A stretch of 52,679 nucleotides of DNA from Candidatus Kaiserbacteria bacterium RIFCSPHIGHO2_02_FULL_55_25. GTDB taxonomy: Bacteria; Patescibacteriota; Minisyncoccia; Phycocordibacterales; UBA2100. Location: the NCBI GenBank assembly GCA_001781335.1, contig MFLL01000010.1, forward strand, positions 1-52,679, in the 5' to 3' direction. The position numbers were made by a program, and so were the translations under genes. The notes under the pieces are model-generated. The model made no database searches and was not told the origin of the DNA. It worked only from the letters and a program-made list of their open reading frames with translations. Of this stretch, positions 38,220-46,348 are shown piece by piece; the stretch's first letter is position 1, and every line of letters starts with the position of its first letter.

Positions 38220-38453
38220 TTAGAAGCGGATATTGTCCGCTTTTTCCATTTCTATGGAGACGCACAGCTTTGGGCAATGGTGACTTTACCGAGGACGCGA
38301 AGGTTTCGGCTCTCGTCATCCTTAGGTCCCGGTCGCAACATTCTCCCGAATGCATTGCCCAAACTTGTGCGTCTCTTTACCCCGAACATAGTCGAGGGGC
38401 AACTAATTTGAACCATAACACCCGATTGCCAGCGCGCAATCGGGTTTTGTGGT
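38220..38453 (+). ncRNA. Candidate structured non-coding RNA (family not recognised)
   Basis: Downstream of the promoter; 21-bp interrupted stem 38257-38279/38353-38375 enclosing a branched domain; terminator-like hairpin 38420-38448; no convincing ORF. Confidence 0.5.
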
Positions 38454-38481
38454 CTAAAATTCTGCCTCAATAAAATGATTC

Positions 38482-38513
38482 GGACGTCGGCGTGTTACGG
38501 CCGACGTCCTTTG
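38482..38513. terminator. Hairpin terminator
   Basis: GGACGTCGGC-gtgttacg-GCCGACGTCC next to the stop of the MarR-like gene. Confidence 0.65.
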
Positions 38514-38516
38514 TCT

Positions 38517-38894
38517 TTAGGGGCGCGCGAGCTTCGGCATCTCGTCATCAATCATTCGTTCCAGTCGGGGCGTTGGGAATAGCAAGGTCACACGTTTGTC
38601 ATGCGGATGTATTTTCTCACGAATCAGTCCGGTTGAGATTGCCTGCTTGATGATTTTTTCGCTAGTCTTCATGTGCAGAATGTGCATGCGCCGCATCGCC
38701 CCAGACTTGTTAAGCGGCTTGCCGTCATTTGCTGACACATACACATTAAGCAGAAGCAGAACCATCCCGTGTTCCGCGATGAGCCCATGGCCACCGAATT
38801 CTCCGTCAAACCATGAATGGTTGAAGATGTTCAACAACGCCGCAGCTGCTTTCAGCGCCGATAACCGCTGTCCTTGTCTCGTGTTATGTAACAC
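38517..38894 (-). CDS. MarR-like winged-helix protein
   Basis: TGLIREKIHPHDKRVTLLFPT wing motif; GTG start with GGGAGG. Confidence 0.7.
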   Translation of the reverse strand: MLHNTRQGQRLSALKAAAALLNIFNHSWFDGEFGGHGLIAEHGMVLLLLNVYVSANDGKPLNKSGAMRRMHILHMKTSEKIIKQAISTGLIREKIHPHDKRVTLLFPTPRLERMIDDEMPKLARP

Positions 38895-38963
38895 GGGTAG
38901 CCTCCCAAGTGGCAGTTAAACCGTTACTGGAGGCAGTCTCCACTAGCAAGAAAACAAAGTCAA

Positions 38964-39080
38964 TCAAGCGATTGTTTCCAACATCACTTCATCGTTGAGG
39001 TCCACCACGCGGGAGAGTTCGTCGAATGATGTCACGCCCTGCAATATTTTCACCGCGCCGTCTTGCGCCATGCGGCGGAT
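38964..39080 (-). pseudogene. Orphaned duplicate of the last 38 codons plus stop of pilB
   Basis: Encodes the same peptide as 39803-39919; 12 synonymous third-position differences and TGA instead of TAG. Confidence 0.9.
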
Positions 39081-39133
39081 TCTTGGGTTGCTGTATCTGA
39101 CGATAATTTTTCCAATTGGATTTCGTTTCAGCC

Positions 39134-39460
39134 TCAGGAAACATGCACTTTCGCGCCCACGGCAGCGAGAATGCGTGATGCGGTTTTAAGCGTGGGGCTT
39201 GATTCGCCAGTCTCAAACCGGGCAATGGCCGCCTGCTGCATGTTGGCGCGTTTGGCGATTTGCGCCTGCGTGAGCTTCTTTTCAATACGCTTGCGGATAA
39301 TGGCAAATCGCACCGCCCGCTCAAGGGCTCCCGCTTCGTAGAGCGTGCGGGTTTCTTTGTCTTTCAGGAGCTCGCGCCTCATGTGCTCAAACGGTACGTA
39401 TCCGAGTTTCTTCGCTCGGGCCAGAAACGTTTTTTGTTCCTTGGTCGATCTTTTTCCCAT
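39134..39460 (-). CDS. XRE-family HTH antitoxin (HigA-like)
   Basis: RIEKKLTQAQIAKRANMQQAAIARFETGESSPTLKT; follows the toxin gene. Start 39460 or 39469. Confidence 0.85.
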   Translation of the reverse strand: MGKRSTKEQKTFLARAKKLGYVPFEHMRRELLKDKETRTLYEAGALERAVRFAIIRKRIEKKLTQAQIAKRANMQQAAIARFETGESSPTLKTASRILAAVGAKVHVS

Positions 39461-39488
39461 GCGTACCATAATAACGAATACGTTATAA

Positions 39489-39797
39489 TTACGCAAGCTC
39501 CCCGAATCTTCTGTGCGCTGTTCGCAGTTCTCGCGGTGGTATTTTGTTCGATTTCTTTACAAAGCCGTTTACTATGTACACCGTGTCTCCCGAAAAGCCA
39601 TATAACAAGCGGACTTGGACAGAACCTTGAATGCGCAATTCAAACAGGTTAGCCGCAACTTTTTTACTGTCGGGCGGCGGGAGCAGTCGCCCAAACATTT
39701 CTAAGGCATCAAGTTGCTCCGTAGCTTTACTTTTCAGATCGGGCGGAAGTGTTTTTAGGAATTTTCTCACTGAATGATGGATACTCAGCGACGTCAT
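39489..39797 (-). CDS. RelE/ParE-superfamily toxin (HigB/Gp49-like)
   Basis: LFELRI..VRLLYGF..NGFVKKSNKIPPRELRTA; toxin-before-antitoxin order. Confidence 0.88.
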   Translation of the reverse strand: MTSLSIHHSVRKFLKTLPPDLKSKATEQLDALEMFGRLLPPPDSKKVAANLFELRIQGSVQVRLLYGFSGDTVYIVNGFVKKSNKIPPRELRTAHRRFGELA

Positions 39798-39802
39798 AGT
39801 AG

Positions 39803-41494
39803 CTACGCAATCGTCTCCAACATCACTTCATCATTGAGGTCCACAACGCGCGAGAGTTCGTCGAATGATGTCACGCCCTGCAATATTTTCACCGCACCAT
39901 CCTGTGCCATACGGCGGATGTTCTGGTGTTTGGCGGCGTGCCAGATGTCGCGCTCGGACGAGGTGTGGCGCACGCACTCTTCGATTTCTCTGTCCATCAA
40001 AATCACTTCCACCACGGCGATACGGCCCTTGTAGCCGAGGCCGCCGCACTTTTCACAACCCTTCGGCACCCACATCTGCTCGCGATTCGCCGGCAGGTCT
40101 TCGGTGTGCGGGACGTTTTTGAGCAAGAAATTCATTTTCTCGAGCTCTTTGCCGGTAATCGGCGCGGCTTGCCGGCAATTGGTGCATAGTTTTCGCACAA
40201 GACGTTGTGCCATCGCGCATGTCACCGCCGCGCCGAGCACTTCGGCGGAGACACCCATGTCGATGAGGCGGGGGAACGTACCGCCGGCGTCGTTGGTGTG
40301 CAGTGTGGAGAAGACGAGGTGGCCCGTGAGCGAGGCGTGCACGGCGGTCGCCGCCACTTCTGCATCGCGGATTTCGCCGACCATTATCACGTCGGGGTCT
40401 TGGCGCAAGGTAGAGCGCAATCCTTGCGCGAATGTGTAGTCTTTTGAAACTTGGGTCTGCACGATACCGGGGAGGTGATACTCGACAGGGTCTTCGATGG
40501 TGACGATTTTAATTTCCGGTTTGTGCACTTTGCGCAAGAACGCATAGAGCGTCGTCGTCTTACCGCTCCCCGTGGGCCCCGTGTTCAAAATCATGCCGTT
40601 GGGCTTCGCGATTTCGCGGTCGAAAATATCCATCAGGTACTTGTCGAAGCCGAGCGCTTCCATCGGGAGTGCGATGGTGGTCGGGTCCAAGAGACGCATG
40701 ACGATGGTTTCCGCATACGAGCCGGGAAGGACCGAGGTGCGTATTTCGACTTCCTTGCCGCCGACGACGATGGAGAAGCGGCCGTCCTGTGCCGCGTTTT
40801 TTATGTTGAGCTTGAGACCCGACAAGAGTTTGAGACGCGAGGATATGAGCGCATAGGTCGGTGTGTCGAAGACAAGAACCTCGACAAGCACGCCGTCGAG
40901 ACGGTAGCGCATGCGCACGCCTGCCTCTTCGGGCTCGAGGTGCACGTCGGAGGCGCCGAGGCTAAGCGCTCCGGCCATAATGATTTCCAAGACGCGCGAA
41001 ATGCGATGCGTATCTTTGCTCTTGGTGTGTGAATTGATTTCCACGCGCACGTCGTCGAGGGTTTTGAGCTTTTGCAACATCTGCTGAATGGTGTCGTTGG
41101 AGAGCGTGAGAATACCGGCTTCCGTCTCGGTCGCGTATGAAATATCGTGGAAGCGGTCCCACGCATGTTCGAGTGAGGCCTGCGAGACGATAAACCGCCG
41201 CGGTTCGTAGCCGAGGTGCTCGAGGTCTTTGAGTATCTCCAGTGCGTCGGCCCGCTCGGGTGCGCGCATTCCCACGAAGAGCAGTTTGTTCACTTTGTGG
41301 AACGGTGCCACCTCGGCCGCGCGCGCCTGTGCTTCGGGCACAAGGCGAAGCGCGTCGGTGTCAATGGACTTGTTGGTGAGGTCGACGTACTCGACGCCGT
41401 ACTTACCGGCAAGCATCGCCGCGAGCTGCTCCTCCTCTTTGGCACGAAGCTCACGCAGACGCTCCTCCTGTTTTTTCTCGTTGAACTGCGTCAT
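39803..41494 (-). CDS. pilB: Type IV pilus assembly ATPase PilB/GspE
   Basis: ASDVHLEP, QDGRF, TGPTGSGKTTTLY, TIEDPVEY, LRQDPDVIMVGEIRD, CxxC pairs. Real start MTQFNEK at 41494. Confidence 0.93.
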   Translation of the reverse strand: MTQFNEKKQEERLRELRAKEEEQLAAMLAGKYGVEYVDLTNKSIDTDALRLVPEAQARAAEVAPFHKVNKLLFVGMRAPERADALEILKDLEHLGYEPRRFIVSQASLEHAWDRFHDISYATETEAGILTLSNDTIQQMLQKLKTLDDVRVEINSHTKSKDTHRISRVLEIIMAGALSLGASDVHLEPEEAGVRMRYRLDGVLVEVLVFDTPTYALISSRLKLLSGLKLNIKNAAQDGRFSIVVGGKEVEIRTSVLPGSYAETIVMRLLDPTTIALPMEALGFDKYLMDIFDREIAKPNGMILNTGPTGSGKTTTLYAFLRKVHKPEIKIVTIEDPVEYHLPGIVQTQVSKDYTFAQGLRSTLRQDPDVIMVGEIRDAEVAATAVHASLTGHLVFSTLHTNDAGGTFPRLIDMGVSAEVLGAAVTCAMAQRLVRKLCTNCRQAAPITGKELEKMNFLLKNVPHTEDLPANREQMWVPKGCEKCGGLGYKGRIAVVEVILMDREIEECVRHTSSERDIWHAAKHQNIRRMAQDGAVKILQGVTSFDELSRVVDLNDEVMLETIA

Positions 41495-41519
41495 TGTCCT
41501 TGTATTGTACACTGGCGGG

Positions 41520-41969
41520 ATGCAGGAACGGACAGACTCGGGTGAGCAATTGAAATCGTTGGCGCAGAAATATGTGCATGCGCTGTCTCCGCGCTCACGT
41601 GCGACCATCGTTGCACTCTCCGGTGAGCTTGGGGCGGGGAAGACCACGTTCGTGCAGGGAGTTGCCGCGACGCTCGGCATACGTGAGACCGTCGCAAGTC
41701 CGACGTTTGTTATAGAGAAAGTGTATGAGTTGGAGGGACAAAAATGGGAACGGCTCATACATATAGACGCATACCGTCTGAAAAGTGCGCACGAGCTTGA
41801 GGTTCTCGGCTGGAAAGAAATCACCGCGGACTCCGCGAATCTCATACTGCTGGAGTGGCCGGAGAGGGTTCCGGAACTCATACCACGAGACGCTCTCCGC
41901 GTCTTCATAGACATCGAAAATGACGGGCGTATCATCTCAATTGACTATGGCGGCAAAGAAAAAAACTGA
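41520..41969 (+). CDS. tsaE: tRNA t6A biosynthesis ATPase TsaE
   Basis: LSGELGAGKTTFVQG, VASPTFVI, HIDAYRL, LLEWPE. Confidence 0.95.
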   Translation: MQERTDSGEQLKSLAQKYVHALSPRSRATIVALSGELGAGKTTFVQGVAATLGIRETVASPTFVIEKVYELEGQKWERLIHIDAYRLKSAHELEVLGWKEITADSANLILLEWPERVPELIPRDALRVFIDIENDGRIISIDYGGKEKN

Positions 41970-44343
41970 AACCTCTGGCAAGAAACTTCGACTCGTCTTG
42001 CTCGACAGTCACGCGATTTTGCACCGCGCGTACCACGCGCTCCCTGATTTTTCTTCAAGCAAGGGCGAGCCGACGGGCGCACTCTACGGGCTCATCCTAA
42101 TGCTCCTCAAAATCAAGAGCGACTTGAAACCCGATTACATCGTCGCCGCGCGCGACTTGCCCGGTACGACACATCGTCACGAACTTTTTGCGGACTACAA
42201 AGCGAAGCGCGTGAAAGCCGAGGATGAGCTTGTGGCACAGCTCGAGCGCGCGCCGAAAATATTCCAAGCGTTCGGCATCCCCGTCTACCAAAAAGAAGGG
42301 TACGAAGCCGACGACGTATTGGGGACTATCGTCAAACAGATACGCACGCGCGCCGATATCGAAACCATTATCGCCTCGGGCGACATGGATACGCTCCAGC
42401 TTGTGGGCGAGCGGGTAAAAGTGTTTACCCTGCGCAAAGGACTCTCCGACACAGTGCTCTACGACATCGACCGCGTGAAAGAGCGTTACGGATTCGGACC
42501 CGAGCACGTCGTCGACTACAAGGCACTGCGCGGCGACCCGTCCGACAACATTCCCGGCGTCAAAGGCATCGGCGAGAAGACGGCGACCGAACTCATTCAG
42601 CAGTTCGGCTCCGTAGATGCGATATACAAGGTGCTCAATAAAAATCCGAAAGAGTTGGAGAAAGCCGGTGTGAAGCCGCGCGTCGTCGAGCTCTTGCGCG
42701 CGGGTAAGGAGAGCGCCGCGTTTTCCAAACAACTCGCAACGATTCACCCCGATGTGCCGGTACATTTCTCACTGCCGGACCACAAGTGGGACATGCCCGA
42801 GCATGTCGCGACTATCGATGCGCTGTGCGACGAACTCGAGTTCCGCTCCGTCAAAGAGCGTCTGCATAGCGTGCTTCACAGCGGCGAAGCGAAAGCGGAA
42901 CCTGCGGACGAGACATCGGTGAACCCGGCGGCGCTCGAAGAAGCGTCGGTCGCGCTGTGGCTCCTGCGCAGCGACCTCACCACGCCCACACTCGACGACA
43001 TTCTGCAGTACGCGGAAACGAAAGATTTTGAAAAGGCGCGCGAGAAAATATTTGCCGACCTCAAGAAAACAGGACGGCTCGCGGAGGTATACGAACACAT
43101 AGAAAAGCCGCTCATTCCGGTCGTGCATTGCATGAACGAAACGGGCGTCTATATCGACGTACAATATCTTGCGGGTCTTTCAAAAGAGTACGGAGATGAG
43201 CTCGGCACAATCAGTGCGCGAATCTACAAACAAGCGGGACACGAGTTCAATATCAATTCACCAAAGCAGCTTGGGGTGGTCCTGTACGACGAACTCAAGA
43301 TAACGCCCGCAAAACAGAAGAAGACGGCGACCGGCGCGCGCACCACTCGCGAGGAAGAGCTCGCAAAGATGTCGGATCTGCATCCGGTTATTGCCGATAT
43401 TCTTGCGTACCGCGAACTGCAAAAGCTCCTCTCGACCTACATCGAGAAAATCCCCCCGCTCATAGCAGACGACAAACGACTGCATGCGCAATTCCTCCAG
43501 ACAGGTACGGTGACCGGCCGCATGGGATGTCAGGACCCGAATCTCCAGAACATTCCCATCCGCACGGAGTACGGCAAACGCATCCGCTCCGCGTTCGCGG
43601 CCGAAAAGGGCTTTATTCTGGCCGCAATAGACTACTCGCAAATAGAGCTGCGTATCGCGGCGGGTCTTTCGGGTGACGAGAAGCTCGTGCGGGTATTCAA
43701 AGAGGGTCGCGACGTACACACCGAGGTCGCGTCGAAAGTATTCAACGTGCCGGCGGACAAGGTGGACTACGAAATGCGTCGCAGGGCCAAGATAATAAAT
43801 TTCGGCATTCTCTACGGCATGGGAGTCAATGCGCTACGCGCGAATCTCGGCGAGGGAGTGTCCCGCGACGACGCGGCGCGCTACCTCGACGGTTATTTCA
43901 AGAATTTTTCCGGCCTCGCGCGTTTCATCGAAAAGACGAAAGCCGACGCCGCGCGACTCGGATATACCGAGACACTCTTCGGCCGTCGGCGGTATTTCAG
44001 CGGATTCAAATCTTCGTTGCCGGGTCTGCGTGCGCAGGCCGAGCGCATGGCGATGAACGCTCCGATGCAGGGCACGCAGGCCGACATCATCAAGCTCGCG
44101 ATGGTGGAGGCGGATACGCTCATCGAAAAAAACGGTTGGCGCGACAAAGTGCGGCTCCTGATGCAGGTGCACGACGAGCTTGTGTATGAAGTGGATGAAA
44201 AAGACGCGGAGCAAATCGCGCACACACTTCGCGATGTGATGGAGGGTGTCGCGGATGCGAAACTCCTCAGCGGCGTGCCTATTGTGGCGGAGATTGCTCT
44301 GGGGGAGAATTGGGGAACAACAAAACGCATTGCACGCTCATAG
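41947..44343 (+). CDS. polA: DNA polymerase I (compact)
   Basis: HRAYHALP, EADDVLGT, GDPSDNIPGVKGIGEKTA; DYSQIELR, RRAKIINFGILYG, QVHDELVYE. Confidence 0.97.
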   Translation: MAAKKKTETSGKKLRLVLLDSHAILHRAYHALPDFSSSKGEPTGALYGLILMLLKIKSDLKPDYIVAARDLPGTTHRHELFADYKAKRVKAEDELVAQLERAPKIFQAFGIPVYQKEGYEADDVLGTIVKQIRTRADIETIIASGDMDTLQLVGERVKVFTLRKGLSDTVLYDIDRVKERYGFGPEHVVDYKALRGDPSDNIPGVKGIGEKTATELIQQFGSVDAIYKVLNKNPKELEKAGVKPRVVELLRAGKESAAFSKQLATIHPDVPVHFSLPDHKWDMPEHVATIDALCDELEFRSVKERLHSVLHSGEAKAEPADETSVNPAALEEASVALWLLRSDLTTPTLDDILQYAETKDFEKAREKIFADLKKTGRLAEVYEHIEKPLIPVVHCMNETGVYIDVQYLAGLSKEYGDELGTISARIYKQAGHEFNINSPKQLGVVLYDELKITPAKQKKTATGARTTREEELAKMSDLHPVIADILAYRELQKLLSTYIEKIPPLIADDKRLHAQFLQTGTVTGRMGCQDPNLQNIPIRTEYGKRIRSAFAAEKGFILAAIDYSQIELRIAAGLSGDEKLVRVFKEGRDVHTEVASKVFNVPADKVDYEMRRRAKIINFGILYGMGVNALRANLGEGVSRDDAARYLDGYFKNFSGLARFIEKTKADAARLGYTETLFGRRRYFSGFKSSLPGLRAQAERMAMNAPMQGTQADIIKLAMVEADTLIEKNGWRDKVRLLMQVHDELVYEVDEKDAEQIAHTLRDVMEGVADAKLLSGVPIVAEIALGENWGTTKRIARS

Positions 44344-44345
44344 CC

Positions 44346-44972
44346 ATGCTTTACTTTTTTACCGGTACGGATACGGAAACACTTCGCGGGAAGATGAGCG
44401 CGGCTGTCGGAAAGTTTTCCAAAGGGAAAAATATCGTCCGCATTACCGATGCACACTCTGCCGCCGACCTCGATGCGGCGCTCGGCGGCGCGGGAATGTT
44501 CGGAGATGAGCGCGTCGTCGTTCTCGACAACGTGCTCGGTAACGAGGAATTGCGGGAGCGGCTTCTTGCCCGTCTCAAAGATATCGCAAAGTCTGACGAC
44601 GTATTTTTTATGCTCGAGAGCGGCATTGATGCGGATACGCGCAAGTCGGTGGAGAAGTATGCGGAGAAGACGGAGCGATATGACGCACCAAAAAAAGAGC
44701 GCGACAACTCAATATTTTCATTGGCGAACGCGCTCCAACGGGGACAACGCAAAGAGCTGTGGGTCGGCTACCAGCGTGAATTGCTCAAAGGAAGCGCGCC
44801 GGAGGCGATTCACGGGACGCTATTTTGGGCCGCAAAACAAGCGTTTTTGCGCTCCGACACCCCCCGCAGCCGCGAACTCGTCGCGCGGCTCGCCGGACTT
44901 CCTCATGAAGCCCGCCGCAAGGGCTTTGACCTCGAATATGCACTCGAGCATTTCGTGCTGTCTCGAGTGTGA
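44346..44972 (+). CDS. Putative short DNA polymerase III delta subunit (HolA-like)
   Basis: MLYFFTGTD start, GMFGDERVVVL, IFSLANAL, C-terminal LEHFVL. Confidence 0.6.
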   Translation: MLYFFTGTDTETLRGKMSAAVGKFSKGKNIVRITDAHSAADLDAALGGAGMFGDERVVVLDNVLGNEELRERLLARLKDIAKSDDVFFMLESGIDADTRKSVEKYAEKTERYDAPKKERDNSIFSLANALQRGQRKELWVGYQRELLKGSAPEAIHGTLFWAAKQAFLRSDTPRSRELVARLAGLPHEARRKGFDLEYALEHFVLSRV

Positions 44973-44986
44973 TATCGTTTTGGTAC

Positions 44987-46279
44987 ATGACGCTCACAAA
45001 GCAGTCGGTTATCTTTATCGTCGGATTTGTTGCGTTAGGTTTTTTCTTGTTCGCACCGCGCGTGGACGCCGTCGGTTTGGAAGCAGACGCAATGTGTAAT
45101 CCCGTCATCCTGCAGTGTGGTTGCGGACAAATAATGGGTTCAAAAGGTTGTATCGGCGGTCCCAACATGTGGAAATGCCCGTGCTATGACACAACGAACA
45201 CATTTGGTTCCAGCGGAATATGTGTTGCCCCCATGAAGTGTTTAGCACAATCCACCGGCGGACCTGATGGATTTGGACTCGACATCGTGAAATCCATGCT
45301 CGGCGAGCTTATGAAAAAGCTCATGCAAGGCGGCGGAGGCGGCGGAGGGGGAGGTGGCGGCTCCGGCACCGGCCCCGACGGCACAGGCGGTCCGACCGGC
45401 TGCGGCTCATACGTCGCGACGTCCGATGTCACTCAAGTTTCCACGTCTAATACCGGAGGCGTTTGCTATTACTATCAATCGCCGGTCTCGAGCCTGCTCA
45501 GCGGGAACGATACGACCAACGGCAATGGGTTGAGTCTGTCCGAGCAGCTCAATGCACTCACCGATAATAACGCGAACACGCTTACAAACAACAACGCCAA
45601 CACGAGCGACACGCTCAATCGTCAGTTAAACGCGCGCGTCTCCACTTCCACACCGACAACTACGCGGACAATTTTGACGCAAGGCGTTCAGGGCGCGCTC
45701 ATATCCGGAATCCGCGGCGACATGCAGGTCTTCGGCAACGGAGTCACCATTTTGGCGGCCTCGGTGGATGCAAGCGGCAACAGCAGTACCGCCGGATTCT
45801 ACGGTGCGAGCTCCGTTACGGGTCAGCCGGTGAATACGATAGTAAATCTCTGCAAGGGCCGTCCGTGGTCGAAACATATGCTCTCGTATGCACTCCCGCC
45901 GACGTTCTTTGACAGTCTGTGTATCATGCGCGGATATTCAGTGGGGACCGCGCCCGCCGCCGCACCAAGCGTCAAAATAGTGCAGAAGGTCGCCACCTCC
46001 AGCGCCGCCACCACGACGGCTCCCGTTCTGCCGCCCAAAGTCAGCATCTGGTCGGTGCCGCCGACCGTGCCGCTCGGCTCGCGTACGTCGATATTTTGGA
46101 CTTCACAGGGCGTGAAGGACTGCACGATTACGTCGCCCGACGGCGCCTTCTCCCAAACGGCTCCCGCCGGAAGCGCTTCGACGGTGGCGCTCACAAAAAC
46201 GACGGCGTTCACTATTGCCTGCGTCGCTCCCGACGGAAAGCCGTTTACCGACTCCGTGACAGTGAACCTTTCGCAGTAA
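44987..46279 (+). CDS. Secreted Cys-rich surface protein (paralog X)
   Basis: Signal peptide, Cys-rich N-domain, poly-Gly linker, C-terminal Ig-like domain shared with the next gene. Confidence 0.85.
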   Translation: MTLTKQSVIFIVGFVALGFFLFAPRVDAVGLEADAMCNPVILQCGCGQIMGSKGCIGGPNMWKCPCYDTTNTFGSSGICVAPMKCLAQSTGGPDGFGLDIVKSMLGELMKKLMQGGGGGGGGGGGSGTGPDGTGGPTGCGSYVATSDVTQVSTSNTGGVCYYYQSPVSSLLSGNDTTNGNGLSLSEQLNALTDNNANTLTNNNANTSDTLNRQLNARVSTSTPTTTRTILTQGVQGALISGIRGDMQVFGNGVTILAASVDASGNSSTAGFYGASSVTGQPVNTIVNLCKGRPWSKHMLSYALPPTFFDSLCIMRGYSVGTAPAAAPSVKIVQKVATSSAATTTAPVLPPKVSIWSVPPTVPLGSRTSIFWTSQGVKDCTITSPDGAFSQTAPAGSASTVALTKTTAFTIACVAPDGKPFTDSVTVNLSQ

Positions 46280-46348
46280 AAGGACGCTTCATCAAAATAT
46301 ACACTTGGGCAATTTGAGTTTCCGCGGGCGTGCTATCATTTTAACTAC

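Noticed and set aside
38964..39919. TR/VR pair of a DGR
   Set aside because: All differences are synonymous or in the stop codon, the opposite of diversifying mutagenesis.
41495..41935. N-terminal extension of pilB in the 710-aa ORF
   Set aside because: It is antisense to tsaE; the plausible start is ATG 41494 with a -10 box just upstream.
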